The notes beneath the pieces are model-generated. The model saw only the letters and a list, made by a program, of their open reading frames with translations, made no database searches and was not told the origin of the DNA. A DNA stretch of 32,000 bases, taken from positions 1,147,319 through 1,179,318 of the forward strand of contig CAVTJU010000003.1 in NCBI GenBank assembly GCA_963735155.1. Reading direction: 5' to 3'. The stretch comes from an uncultured Fibrobacteraceae bacterium (GTDB lineage Bacteria > Fibrobacterota > Chitinivibrionia > Chitinivibrionales > Chitinispirillaceae). The position numbers were made by a program, and so were the translations under genes. Position 1 is the first letter of the stretch, and each line of letters begins with the position of its first letter. Positions 9,440 to 19,637 of the stretch are shown one piece after another.

Positions 9440-11245
9440 TTATCCCTGGAATGCTTGTTTTTCTGGTAAAATGATTTTAAAAGTCGATCCCTTACCCGGT
9501 TCGCTTTCGGCAAATACCTGTCCATTATGGGTTGCAACAATATTTTTAACAATAGACAATCCAAGTCCTGTCCCACCGAGCTTACGGCTCCTTGCTTTAT
9601 CAACGCGATAAAAACGTTCGAATATTCTGTCAAGATGTTCGCGTGGAATACCAATTCCCTGGTCTGAAACACTGATGATTATTTTTTGATCACTTTTATT
9701 AGCTGATATGACAATATCGCTGCCTTCATTGCTATATTTAATGGCGTTATCGATCAGGTTGACGATAGCTTGCTCTATAAGAGAAGTATTCATAACAACC
9801 TGAACTGGTTGCTCCATCGACAAGAGGATTCTGGTATTTTTTTCGTTAGCTTTTCCAGTGCATGTCTTTATTGCGTCCTCCAGAACGGTTTTCAATTCTG
9901 AATTTATGAAGCTTATCTCATGATGCTCGTAATCCCGCTCAATAGACGATAAAGAAAGTAAATCATCCACAATTCTGCACAGACGATCTGTTTTTGATGA
10001 AATTATATTCAGAAATTCCGATACCTCACCAGGAAGTTGATAATTGCCAGTCTGAATGGTTTCAACAAACCCTTTTATCGATGTTAGCGGGGTTCGTAAC
10101 TCATGCGATACATTTGCAACAAATTCCTTTCTGATATTTTCAAGCTTTTTTAATCTGGTAATATCGTTAAAAACAAGTACTGCCCCTTCCGGTCCGCTTT
10201 TTTCATTATTGAGTATTGTCCCCGAAGCATTTACATTTAGATTACCATTGGGTGTATGCAGAATAAATGTAGTTTCTACAATGGTATCGCTTGATAATAC
10301 GTGAGTAGTGAATCTCTGAAGCGTACTGTTTCTTATGATTTCATGCAGCCATTTGTCACTTACAGAACCATCTGGTACGCTAAAAAGACTGGCTGCCGCA
10401 GGGTTTATGGATATGATTTTTTCTTGTGCATCAATAGCAATGACACCTTCAGTCATGCTGTTTAAAATAGCCTTTGACTGATTATGCTGGCGGGTTATCG
10501 TCACGATACGGTCATCGAGTGTTGAAGCCATTCTATTGAGTGAAGATGCTAATACACCGAGTTCTTCGCCGTGAGCGACAGGCAATCTGAAATTCAGATC
10601 ACCAGATGCAAATCTTTTAGCACCTTCGGTAATTTGGCTGATTAGTTTACTTAAATGTTTTGAAAGTAAATAGCTCACCAGTAAAAGCAATGCAAAAATA
10701 ATAAGTGATGCAAATACAACCCGAAGGTAAAACTGACGCTCCTGCTTTTTAATGGCGTTAATTGATACAGACATTCGCAATGCAGCGACAGCTGTTTTAT
10801 TAGATGTAAAAATTGGAAACGCAACATACAACATCTCATCCTGCATGCTTGTACTGAATCTTTGCTGAACGCCTCTTCCACCGCTAAATGCTTTCAATAT
10901 TTCCGGACGATTACCATGATTTTCCATGGAATCAGGATTCCTCTGTGAATCACCTATTACTTTTCCTGAAGGGAGGACAACTGTAATGCGCACAGAGATC
11001 GAATGCCCAATTGTTTTACATAAACTATCAAGTGAACCATGACGGTCTGGATCTGAAATATAATCAGTTAATTGTCTTTGTATAAGATAGGCGAATCTGG
11101 AAACATCATTGACTGTATTTTCCAGATAGAGCTGATTATACACTCTGGCAGAATACCAGGTTGTAATCCATATAGTTACAGATATAATCACAAAGCAGAC
11201 AAGAAAGAATTGCCAGGCTAATTTACGAATACGCATTGTTTTCAA
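9440..11245 (-). CDS. phoR: Phosphate regulon sensor histidine kinase PhoR (TM-sensor-TM-HAMP-PAS-HisKA-HATPase)
   Basis: H-box '[23 protein letters not shown]', N-box '[10 protein letters not shown]', G-boxes 'DQGIGIP' and '[13 protein letters not shown]'; overlaps phoB by 4 nt. Confidence 0.93.
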   Translation of the reverse strand: MKTMRIRKLAWQFFLVCFVIISVTIWITTWYSARVYNQLYLENTVNDVSRFAYLIQRQLTDYISDPDRHGSLDSLCKTIGHSISVRITVVLPSGKVIGDSQRNPDSMENHGNRPEILKAFSGGRGVQQRFSTSMQDEMLYVAFPIFTSNKTAVAALRMSVSINAIKKQERQFYLRVVFASLIIFALLLLVSYLLSKHLSKLISQITEGAKRFASGDLNFRLPVAHGEELGVLASSLNRMASTLDDRIVTITRQHNQSKAILNSMTEGVIAIDAQEKIISINPAAASLFSVPDGSVSDKWLHEIIRNSTLQRFTTHVLSSDTIVETTFILHTPNGNLNVNASGTILNNEKSGPEGAVLVFNDITRLKKLENIRKEFVANVSHELRTPLTSIKGFVETIQTGNYQLPGEVSEFLNIISSKTDRLCRIVDDLLSLSSIERDYEHHEISFINSELKTVLEDAIKTCTGKANEKNTRILLSMEQPVQVVMNTSLIEQAIVNLIDNAIKYSNEGSDIVISANKSDQKIIISVSDQGIGIPREHLDRIFERFYRVDKARSRKLGGTGLGLSIVKNIVATHNGQVFAESEPGKGSTFKIILPEKQAFQG

Positions 11246-11934
11246 CCTTGCTCTGCAAACCGATAACCCACACCCCGAACAGTCTCAATCATAGTTCCAG
11301 CCTCGCCAAGTTTACGGCGCAAACCGACTATTATTACATCTACTGACCTGTCGGTTACCGGATAATTATCTGATCGTACGCTGTCGATTACCTGATTTCG
11401 TGTAAACACCCATCCAGGCTGACTGGCAAGAAGATGGAGTACCTGAAATTCCATATGAGTTAAATCCAGTCGTTTACCTTTGTAGTTAGCTTCATGTCTT
11501 CCCGGGTGGATTTCAAAGTCATTAACATTCAAAACTGCGGAAGTATTGTAATTTTCAGAGGATTTTCTCCGCATAACCGCCCGCATTCGGGCAATAAGAA
11601 CTTTAGGGCTGAAAGGCTTTACAATGTAATCATCCGCGCCTAATTCAAGTCCTGTAATGATGTCACTTTCTTCTCCTTTAGCAGTAACCATAATAATTGG
11701 GAGGTGCTGGAGCTTATCGTCTTTTTTTATGTGACGACAAACTTCAATTCCATCTATACCTGGAAGCATCAGATCAAGCAACAAACAATCAAATTGCATT
11801 TTACGTATTTTATTAAGCCCATCTTCACCTGTTGAGACGATTGTGACATTAAATGATTCTCTTTGAAGATTATGACGAATAAGAATTTGAATATCTTCAT
11901 CATCTTCTATGACAAGGATATGCTCATGAGACAT
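11242..11934 (-). CDS. phoB: Phosphate regulon response regulator PhoB/PhoP (OmpR family)
   Basis: 230 aa; receiver domain 'ILVIEDDEDIQILIRHNL...DCLLLDLMLPGIDGIEV' and winged helix 'VIDSVRSDNYPVTDRSVDVIIVGLRRKLGEAGTMIETVRGVGYRF'. Confidence 0.93.
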   Translation of the reverse strand: MSHEHILVIEDDEDIQILIRHNLQRESFNVTIVSTGEDGLNKIRKMQFDCLLLDLMLPGIDGIEVCRHIKKDDKLQHLPIIMVTAKGEESDIITGLELGADDYIVKPFSPKVLIARMRAVMRRKSSENYNTSAVLNVNDFEIHPGRHEANYKGKRLDLTHMEFQVLHLLASQPGWVFTRNQVIDSVRSDNYPVTDRSVDVIIVGLRRKLGEAGTMIETVRGVGYRFAEQG

Positions 11935-12032
11935 TTCTTTTTTGTTCCTTTTAGTAACATCAGTGAAAAAGTCTATTAAGAACCATCTGCACAGAAAAAG
12001 TCAATTAATCATTTCAATTAATATGAATTATC

Positions 12033-12935
12033 TTAACTGAAAACTTTTTTCCTTATACGATAACGAAACAGTATGGCTGTCGCATTAAATATAAATGTTA
12101 ATAATAATAAAACCAGTGTTGTTGCATACTGAATCCCGCGAGTTGCATCGACATCGGGAGATTGAGTTGACATTATATATAAATGGTATCCAAGATTCAT
12201 GAATTGATCGGAAAGCGAAGAGGGGAGGTGAGGCAGAAAATACGCTGCTCCTGTAAATAGAATCGGTGCTACTTCCCCAGCTCCACGACTGACAGCCAGT
12301 ATCGTACCGGTCAGTATTCCTGTACTGCAGCCAGGCAAAACAATCTTAAAAATTGTTTCGAGACGAGTCGCCCCTAATGCCAGGCTTGCCTCACGTATTT
12401 CACGTGGTACTGCTCTTATCGATTCTTCCACAGAAACGATCACTACAGGTAAAGTCAGTACTGCCATTGTCAGGCTTGCCCATAAGATATTTGGTTGTCC
12501 CCATTTAACTGTAGTTCCACCTAAGAATGTATCCATTCCTGATCCGACAAATTGAACAAAAAAGCCCAGACCAAAAAGACCAAATACTATCGATGGTATT
12601 CCGGCAAGTGTATTAACAGCAAAGCGGATTATTTTTATGATGAAAGAATCCTGTGTAACATATTCAGAAAGATAAATCGCAGTTATCGTTCCTATTGGGA
12701 CCCCGATTATTGACATTAGAATGACAAGAAAAAAGGTACCGACAATTGCAGGAAAAATACCTCCGGAAGTCATTCCATCTGTGGGCGGACTTGTTAAAAA
12801 TTCCCAGCTTATACTCGGAATACCATTTACAAAAACTATTACTAATAAAGTAATTACCAGAGCGAGTATTACTACTACACTTAAACCGCAAACAGCCGGA
12901 ACCAGCATGCGAAGGAATGCTTTTCTTAAATTCAT
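12033..12935 (-). CDS. pstA: Phosphate ABC transporter permease PstA
   Basis: 300 aa multi-TM; 'AIYLSEYV', 'TLAGIPSIVFGLFGLGFFVQF', EAA loop 'REIREASLALGATRLETIFKIVLPGCSTGILTG'. Confidence 0.94.
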   Translation of the reverse strand: MNLRKAFLRMLVPAVCGLSVVVILALVITLLVIVFVNGIPSISWEFLTSPPTDGMTSGGIFPAIVGTFFLVILMSIIGVPIGTITAIYLSEYVTQDSFIIKIIRFAVNTLAGIPSIVFGLFGLGFFVQFVGSGMDTFLGGTTVKWGQPNILWASLTMAVLTLPVVIVSVEESIRAVPREIREASLALGATRLETIFKIVLPGCSTGILTGTILAVSRGAGEVAPILFTGAAYFLPHLPSSLSDQFMNLGYHLYIMSTQSPDVDATRGIQYATTLVLLLLTFIFNATAILFRYRIRKKVFS

Positions 12936-14074
12936 TTGAATCGCCTCATAACAAGTTGGCGAACGAATATTTCCGCGGTGAAATTGATAAGAAACGAAAT
13001 TGCAAATAAAATCACTCCGATAAAGAACAGTACTCCATAATGAAAATCTCCAAATACAACTTCAGCCATTTCAGCCCCAATCGTTGCTGACATGGTTCTG
13101 GCAGGATCAAATGGATTTAGAGTGGAAAAGGCCGCATTACCCGTGGCCATGATAACAATCATAGTTTCTCCGATTGCCCGTCCGATTCCTAAAAGTATAG
13201 CAGCGAAAACTCCGGGTAAAGCAGCAGGAAGAACAACAAAAAGCGCTGTTTCCCATTTTTCCGCTCCAAGTGCAAGACTGGCTTCAATGTAAGATTTCGG
13301 AACCGCTTTTAACGCGTCTTCTGATATTGTAAAAATAACCGGAATTATTGCAATCGACAGCGCTAACCCGCCGACAAACGCATTAAGCCGATATTGATAT
13401 CCAAAAATGTTTTGCAAAAGAGATGCTATTATCAGTATAGCAAAAAAACCTATGACTACAGAGGGAAATCCTGCAAGAATTTCAATCACAGGCTTGACCG
13501 TTTCTTTGATGTAGTTAGGTGCAAACATTGTAGTATAAAGAGCTGCTAAGATTGCAATGGGTGCACTGAATAGTAGTGAAATCAAGGCGACTTTTATACT
13601 GCCCATGAAAAGTGACCAGATTCCGAATTTTGGCTGTAAAGAAACCGGTTGCCAGATCGATCCCAACAAATCCCAGAATGATTGTTTAGATTCTTGAGTT
13701 TCATTCAGTGATTGTTTGGTTATCGTTGACTGATCGTTTTCGCCCAGCATTTCTTCACCGTATGTTTCCGAAGCTTCAACGATTTCCGATGTTTGAACTG
13801 CTTTTTGATTAAAAATTGACGATGCTTCACGAAAAACAAAAACAAAGATCAGTATGATAAACGCAAGAGAAATGAATGCGGTAATCTGTATCAAATGTTC
13901 TATTACAAACTCCACAGGCTTGAAACTTCGTTTTACAAGAATATCTGCATTATTACTATTATCGCACTCTTGTATCGTAAATTCCGAATCCTGAGGAGCA
14001 AGTGATTGCAGAAGCTTCGCTGCTTTTTCACTGCAATCACTTTTTGAACCAGGCTTTTTATTCAATAATTTCAT
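12932..14074 (-). CDS. pstC: Phosphate ABC transporter permease PstC
   Basis: ORF opens at 14140 but start ATG at 14074 (MKLLNKK) is more plausible and removes overlap with pstS; 'VIEILAGFPSVVIGFFAILIIASLL', EAA loop 'IEASLALGAEKWETALFVVLPAALPGVFAAILLGIGRAIGETM'. Confidence 0.92.
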   Translation of the reverse strand: MKLLNKKPGSKSDCSEKAAKLLQSLAPQDSEFTIQECDNSNNADILVKRSFKPVEFVIEHLIQITAFISLAFIILIFVFVFREASSIFNQKAVQTSEIVEASETYGEEMLGENDQSTITKQSLNETQESKQSFWDLLGSIWQPVSLQPKFGIWSLFMGSIKVALISLLFSAPIAILAALYTTMFAPNYIKETVKPVIEILAGFPSVVIGFFAILIIASLLQNIFGYQYRLNAFVGGLALSIAIIPVIFTISEDALKAVPKSYIEASLALGAEKWETALFVVLPAALPGVFAAILLGIGRAIGETMIVIMATGNAAFSTLNPFDPARTMSATIGAEMAEVVFGDFHYGVLFFIGVILFAISFLINFTAEIFVRQLVMRRFK

Positions 14075-14090
14075 AATTAATTTTGTAAAC

Positions 14091-14928
14091 TTATCTGATT
14101 GGAAAATAACCGACTTTAGAAACAATTGCCTGACCCTCATCGCTCAAGATCCAGTCGATAAATTGCTTCATCGCACCTGTGGGTCGGTTTTTTGTATACA
14201 TATATAAGTAACGGCTTATTGGATATGCTCCCGATTTGACATTTTCAGCAGTTGGTAAATACCCAATGGATGCCGCATCTTTTTTTACTTTTATAAATTT
14301 TACACCTTTACCGTAAGCCGCGCCTCCGAATCCGATACCCTTTACATCGCGTGAAACTGCATTCACCACTGCTGGCTGTCCCCGGCATCGACTGCATTGT
14401 ACTTGTAAAATCCTGCCCTTTGAGCACTTCATCACGAAAGTACACATACGTGCCTGAGCTGTTTTCACGACCGTAAACGATAATTTTCGATTCAGGTCCA
14501 CCAACCTGTTTCCAGTCAGTTATGTTTCCTGTGTAAATAGCCTTGATTTGGTCTAAAGTCAGTTCATTTACAGGATTGGATTCGTTAACGTAAAGAGATA
14601 TGCCGTCTCTCGCAGTTTTAATCTCGACTCCAAGTGTGGAATAACGCTGTTTGAGTTTTTCCCGCTCGCTTGATTTGATCGGACGTGATGAATTGCAAAT
14701 GTCCGTAGTTCCGTTTATAAGCGCTGATATTCCAGTGCCGGAACCACCGCCTGTTACCTGGATCGATATAGTGCCGTTTTTAGCCATAAACTCCTCTGCC
14801 CATCTTTGTGCGAGGATAACCATTGTATCTGAACCCTTTACTGTTATCGTTGTTGTTGCAGCTGCAAATACAATCGCAGAAATTGTTATAACTGAAAGTG
14901 ATAACAACACCATACTTTTCTTTATCAT
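14091..14928 (-). pseudogene. pstS: Phosphate ABC transporter substrate-binding protein PstS, reading frame interrupted by one apparent +1 nt frameshift near 14370-14380
   Basis: ORF 14308-14928 (signal peptide, 'TITVKGSDTMVILAQRWAEEFM...ISIQVTGGGSGTGISALINGTTDICNSSRPI...FTSTMQSMPGTA') continues directly in another frame in ORF 14091-14504 ('AVVNAVSRDVKGIGFGGAAYGKGVKFIKV...PISRYLYMYTKNRPTGAMKQFIDWILSDEGQAIVSKVGYFPI'). Confidence 0.9.
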
Positions 14929-14978
14929 TTTAAACTCCTTATGTATTGTTTACAAAAACATTAATCTACATCTAATAA

Positions 14979-16451
14979 TTAAAACTTATACTGAACCCTG
15001 AAAGTAAAAACATTATCATTGACATCATTATCGAAATAGGTTACCGATGTTTCTTCGTTTTTAACCATATCATAATAGGCCATTAATTTTATATTTTCAT
15101 TCCAGTGGTAAATAAGTCCGGTTCCAATGGTAGAGTACTGCATATCTGCAGTTGATTTTACTTTTTTTTCTGACAGATCTCTATTGGGATCAAAAAAATC
15201 GTATTTGCCAACTACCTGACATTTGATCGGGTCGATATTCAATACCGCTATTCCATAAAAACCGGATATCTTTCGCTTGTATAATGGCTCTTTTGAGGCC
15301 TGATCTGTCTTTTGAGATACATTGCTTGATTTTAAAGAGGGCTGCTCTCCCTGAATGTATTCACCCCGAAGAGAGACTCCACCAAGAACTGGAATATTTC
15401 CATAGAATAGTTCCAAATCAGCACCAACGTATTGCCGATCGAACTCTTTCCATTTATGTCCGGCTGACCCGGTCCATGCATCGTTTTTGATTTCGTAAAG
15501 TGAATCCGCACGATTGCGAACTTTACCAAAATATCCTGATACTCCACCATCTATAGACAAATTGTAACTTACAAGAGGTATTGTAAATCCCAACCTGCCG
15601 ATAAAATCACGAAGATCATCAAACTCGATGTTGATTCCGTTTCCTGCAAAGAATCCCCCTTTGAAATTCAAACATCGTAAATTCGCTGGTAAATTATCTG
15701 AAGGCTGATACTCAAGCGAAAATCCAAGATCTCTTTCTCCCGGAAAAAGTGTCTGAAATATTCGGGACCGCTCCGGAGATTCCCGCATACTTGATGAATA
15801 GGAGATCTCATAGCCAAATGGACGATCGAAAATACCTGCTTTGATCGCAATACTTTTTATCCATGGTTCTGTGAACCGAAAATATGCATCTTTAACTGAG
15901 ACTCCGCCACCACTCATAAAGGCGCTGCTTTTTGTCGTCACTTTCTTAGATGTATCCTGAGAGGTTGATGATACTGCAGATCCTGTTGTAAAGGGTAGGC
16001 AATCAAGTTGAATTACCATTTGAGTTAGTGATGTTTCATACGCGGTCTTTATCCGTGCTCGTCGAAGCTGAAAAACCGAATTTGCCGCTGATGGAAACTT
16101 ACCTCCCTGAAATTCTCCAATATCGTATTTGTTTGTGTAATCACTATTGAGTTGACCTGCGGTATCTGTCGCGACACGTATCTGTGCCTGAAGGTAACCG
16201 GATACCTTTATCTTTGATAATTTTTCCACAGTTGGTTTTGTCGCAAGATAATCTTCCTCCAGACCGCTGACCTTACCTTTCAGATCTTCAATTTTTTCAT
16301 CACTACCTGTATTATTACCTATAAAGGAATTGGTATCCTCTTGTGCTGAAACCGGAAAAACTGAGAAAATCATAATCATTATTACTAACACTACTTCATT
16401 TTTCATCGTTTTTAGCTCCTTAAAAGAAAATTCATTGTGAATGTTAGCCAA
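14979..16451 (-). CDS. Outer-membrane porin, phosphate-selective porin (OprO/OprP)-like
   Basis: Signal peptide, short coiled coil 'EKIEDLKGKVSGLEEDYL', barrel segment 'FQLRRARIKTAYETSLTQMVIQLD', 'VSVKDAYFRFTEPWIKSIAIKAGIFDRPFGYEISYSSSMRESPERSRI', terminal aromatic residue; position within pst cluster. Confidence 0.8.
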   Translation of the reverse strand: MANIHNEFSFKELKTMKNEVVLVIMIMIFSVFPVSAQEDTNSFIGNNTGSDEKIEDLKGKVSGLEEDYLATKPTVEKLSKIKVSGYLQAQIRVATDTAGQLNSDYTNKYDIGEFQGGKFPSAANSVFQLRRARIKTAYETSLTQMVIQLDCLPFTTGSAVSSTSQDTSKKVTTKSSAFMSGGGVSVKDAYFRFTEPWIKSIAIKAGIFDRPFGYEISYSSSMRESPERSRIFQTLFPGERDLGFSLEYQPSDNLPANLRCLNFKGGFFAGNGINIEFDDLRDFIGRLGFTIPLVSYNLSIDGGVSGYFGKVRNRADSLYEIKNDAWTGSAGHKWKEFDRQYVGADLELFYGNIPVLGGVSLRGEYIQGEQPSLKSSNVSQKTDQASKEPLYKRKISGFYGIAVLNIDPIKCQVVGKYDFFDPNRDLSEKKVKSTADMQYSTIGTGLIYHWNENIKLMAYYDMVKNEETSVTYFDNDVNDNVFTFRVQYKF

Positions 16452-16500
16452 TTGTTAGCCCATTGTTCATTTATTATTTGTGTTTTTGTCTTTTTTGTAT

Positions 16501-17178
16501 TTACTGCCTAACTCCTTCCATTTCACCATGTTTTACAACCCTTCCCATATTAGAGAACACAGATTCCTCCGCGATATTCAAACTGAGATCTGCTATTCGT
16601 TCAAGATTTCTGCTGATACGGATAATTTCAACCGCAGTTTCAAAAGACACGTTCGATTCATTCAGTACATCAGCTTTAACATTTGCTATTGTTGAGACAT
16701 TTAATTTGTCAATTTCTTCATCCCTTCTGAGGACATCTTCAGCAAGTATCAGATTTTTCTCAAAGAAACTCTGTAATGAATCATGTAAGATCCATCGGCA
16801 TTTATTTGCCATAAGCTGCAGGTCATATAAATTGTATTCGTCAGATTGAGAGGATAGTGTTTCTGCGGATTCAGCGATATTTACAGCATGATCACCGATA
16901 CGCTCAAGCATCGGATTGATTTTTTGAATCGAAAGAATCATTCTCAATGAATCAGGTAAAAGTGTTTTCCCGCTGAAGGCAAGCAGGTCAAATATTAAAT
17001 TATCAATTTCAATCTCAAATGCATTTACGGGCTTGTCTCCATCGATTACCTCTCTTGCTTTGAATAAATCAGCATTTATAAAGGAACTGACTGATTGCTC
17101 AAAGGCATGCTCGACAATTTGGGACATCGCCTGAAGTTTACATTCCAAATCATTTACATCGATCTGCAGGTTTACCAT
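16501..17178 (-). CDS. phoU: Phosphate signalling regulator PhoU (paralog 2)
   Basis: 225 aa; 'INPMLERIGDHAVNIAESAETL' and 'ISRNLERIADLSLNIAEESVF'. Confidence 0.92.
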   Translation of the reverse strand: MVNLQIDVNDLECKLQAMSQIVEHAFEQSVSSFINADLFKAREVIDGDKPVNAFEIEIDNLIFDLLAFSGKTLLPDSLRMILSIQKINPMLERIGDHAVNIAESAETLSSQSDEYNLYDLQLMANKCRWILHDSLQSFFEKNLILAEDVLRRDEEIDKLNVSTIANVKADVLNESNVSFETAVEIIRISRNLERIADLSLNIAEESVFSNMGRVVKHGEMEGVRQ

Positions 17179-17226
17179 CTAAATCTCCTTTTTTAACTTG
17201 TCTACAGGTAAAAAGATAGATGAACT

Positions 17227-17270
17227 TTGTTAGGAATTGGTGAGCACTGTGTTTAATGATTGTTAGAAGT
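17227..17270 (+). promoter_or_regulatory. Candidate PHO-box-like operator: four contiguous 11-bp imperfect direct repeats
   Basis: TTGTTAGGAAT / TGGTGAGCACT / GTGTTTAATGA / TTGTTAGAAGT; 11-bp periodicity and a GT at positions 3-4 of each unit parallel the known PhoB half-site layout (CTGTCAT-type). Sits in the divergent gap between phoU2 and the 17333 gene. Confidence 0.35.
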
Positions 17271-17332
17271 AGGAAGAGAGGATTAAAATTTTAAAAGATT
17301 AATTTCCGTAATAATTAAAAAAGGAGCCAAAT

Positions 17333-17788
17333 ATGAAAAAGCTACATTTTGAAATCATGATTGATGCAAAGCCCGAAGATGTGTGGGATGCAGTGGTTAA
17401 TGACAAAAAATACCGGGAATGGACAAGTGCATTTCATGAGGGATCATATTTTGAGGGCGGATGGAATAAAGGAGACTCAATAAAATTTTTAGCCAGAAAT
17501 GAAAAAGGGTTCAGAGAAGGAATGATTTCAGAAATCGCTGAAAGTAAAAAAGATTCTTTCATTTCCATAAAACATCTGGGTTATATTTTGAACGATAAAG
17601 AAGACACTTCAAGCGATGAGGTCAAAAAATGGGCACCTGCATATGAGAATTATTCGTTCACTAAAGAGAATGGATTTACAAAATTTCAGGTGGATGCAGA
17701 CGCTGAGGATGATTTTGCGGAGATGTTCAGTGAGATGTGGCCTAAAGCCCTGGAATTATTAAAAAAGGTTGCTGAAGGGGAAGTGTAA
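17333..17788 (+). CDS. SRPBCC-superfamily protein (AHSA1-like, START fold)
   Basis: 151 aa; 'FEIMIDAKPEDVWDAVVNDKKYREWTSAFHEGSYFEGGWNKGDSIKFLA...MFSEMWPKALELLKKVAE'. Confidence 0.75.
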   Translation: MKKLHFEIMIDAKPEDVWDAVVNDKKYREWTSAFHEGSYFEGGWNKGDSIKFLARNEKGFREGMISEIAESKKDSFISIKHLGYILNDKEDTSSDEVKKWAPAYENYSFTKENGFTKFQVDADAEDDFAEMFSEMWPKALELLKKVAEGEV

Positions 17789-17967
17789 CTTGTATATGAA
17801 ACATTACGAATTATGATTATTGTGCTTTTTTCACTTGGATATATTACGGGTATAAAGACTCTGGTTTCCTAATCATGACTGGTAATTTACTATATTTAAA
17901 TGCAGAAAATTGAGTTAGCATATTACAAAAAACGGTTTAAAAATAATTAAATTAAAAGGGCGGACCA

Positions 17968-18603
17968 TTGCAGCACTCAGAACCATTTAACTTCAATGAT
18001 GTCTCGAGTTTTTATTATACGTCATCTCAACTCTCCAGAATTCGGTCCGCACAAATTGGAATAGCCGGTGCAGGTGGACTTGGATCTAACTGTGTGCTTG
18101 CGCTTGTCAGGAGCGGTTTTGAAAATTTCGTTATCGCCGATTTTGACAAAGTCTCTGTATCAAATCTGAACCGTCAGCAATATTTCCCGGATGATATTGG
18201 TAAATACAAAGTAGAATGTCTTGAAAATCTGGTTAGGAAAATAAATCCCGCAGCTAAATGCCTGATATATACCGACCGCATTACAAAGGAAAATGTCCGG
18301 AGCCTTTTTTCAGATTGTCAATGCATCGTTGAAGCCTTCGATAACGCTGAAAGTAAGGCAATGCTTGCTGAAGAATATATTGCAAGCGATAAGCTTTTGG
18401 TAAGCGTAAGCGGAATAGGCGGCTATGGAAAGACAGACCGGATTATTACAAGAAAAGTTCGCGATAATTTCTATCTTATTGGCGATGGAATTTCTGAAGT
18501 AGGGGAGAATAAGAAGCCCTTTGCTCCTTGCGTGATGGTCGCGGCAGCTAAACAGGCTGATGTCGTGTTGGAATGGTGCCTGGATCAAAATAAATTAAAT
18601 TAA
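17968..18603 (+). CDS. thiF: ThiF-family adenylyltransferase (thiamine biosynthesis-type)
   Basis: 211 aa, apparent TTG start; 'IGIAGAGGLGSNCVLALVRSGFENFVIADFDKVSVSNLNRQQYF' ATP-binding region and 'IVEAFDNAESKAMLAEEY'. Confidence 0.8.
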   Translation: MQHSEPFNFNDVSSFYYTSSQLSRIRSAQIGIAGAGGLGSNCVLALVRSGFENFVIADFDKVSVSNLNRQQYFPDDIGKYKVECLENLVRKINPAAKCLIYTDRITKENVRSLFSDCQCIVEAFDNAESKAMLAEEYIASDKLLVSVSGIGGYGKTDRIITRKVRDNFYLIGDGISEVGENKKPFAPCVMVAAAKQADVVLEWCLDQNKLN

Positions 18604-18667
18604 TGAGCTGATTCCCATTTGGCATACTAATTGATCACTTATATACTCCATTTTTCAAGGAGGTATT

Positions 18668-19279
18668 ATGAAACTATTAGTATTGTACTACTCTGCTTAT
18701 GGTCATATTTTCCAAATGGCTGAAGCGGTTGCGCAAGGAGCAAAAGAAGTTCGAGGAACTGAAGTTACCATGAAAGTTGTTCCAGAACTATTGCCATCGA
18801 GTATTTTGGAAAAAATAGGAATCGCCGAAGCTCGAAAACATTTCAGACAAGATCCTGTAGCAACAGTGGAAGAACTTGTTGATTACGATGCTATTATTTT
18901 CGGCACACCGACAAGATATGGTAATATGGTCGGACAAATGAGATCTTTTCTGGATGGAACAGGGGCTCTGTGGGCTACAGGAAAACTGGTTGGAAAAGTG
19001 TCAAGCGTTTTTGTTTCCACAGCAACACAGCATGGTGGTCAGGAATCTACAATTCTCACGTTTATTCCAACTTTGCTTCACCTTGGATTTATCTATGTTG
19101 GTTTACCTTACACTTTCGCGGGGCAGATGGGGCTCGAAGAAGTAAAGGGAGGTTCTCCTTATGGGGCTTCAACTATCGCAGGTGGAAATGGTGAACGGCA
19201 GCCAAGCGAAGCAGATCTTGCTGGTGCGCGTTTCCAGGGAAAGCATGTTGCAACGATTGCATCAAAGTTAATAGATTAA
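18668..19279 (+). CDS. wrbA: NAD(P)H:quinone oxidoreductase, WrbA-type flavodoxin-like protein
   Basis: 203 aa; '[23 protein letters not shown]', '[56 protein letters not shown]', '[32 protein letters not shown]'; RBS AAGGAGG upstream. Confidence 0.95.
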   Translation: MKLLVLYYSAYGHIFQMAEAVAQGAKEVRGTEVTMKVVPELLPSSILEKIGIAEARKHFRQDPVATVEELVDYDAIIFGTPTRYGNMVGQMRSFLDGTGALWATGKLVGKVSSVFVSTATQHGGQESTILTFIPTLLHLGFIYVGLPYTFAGQMGLEEVKGGSPYGASTIAGGNGERQPSEADLAGARFQGKHVATIASKLID

Positions 19280-19637
19280 CACAAGAGATCCACTACTGGA
19301 TTGCAAATTATTGCGATCCGGTAGTTTTTACCACTCAAATTTTTAATTACACTTCATTCATACTTCGCAGTAGAAATGGTTCGATATTTCACATTTTTTA
19401 TAGTCATGAAAACCCGATTGTCTGCCTGTTAGGCTCGATTTTTTAATCTGAAAAGATTTTAATTGCATCAGGATTTTAAATTAGTCCTCCTATTTATGGC
19501 ACGCCAAAAGCTGTACAAACTATGTATAGTCACATTCAACTAATTGGATTAAGCCTTAAAACAATCGTTTTTTACAAATAGTACTCCTGGTGAAATTCTA
19601 TTAATAATTGGACGATTATTGAGTAAAGGGGAAGATA

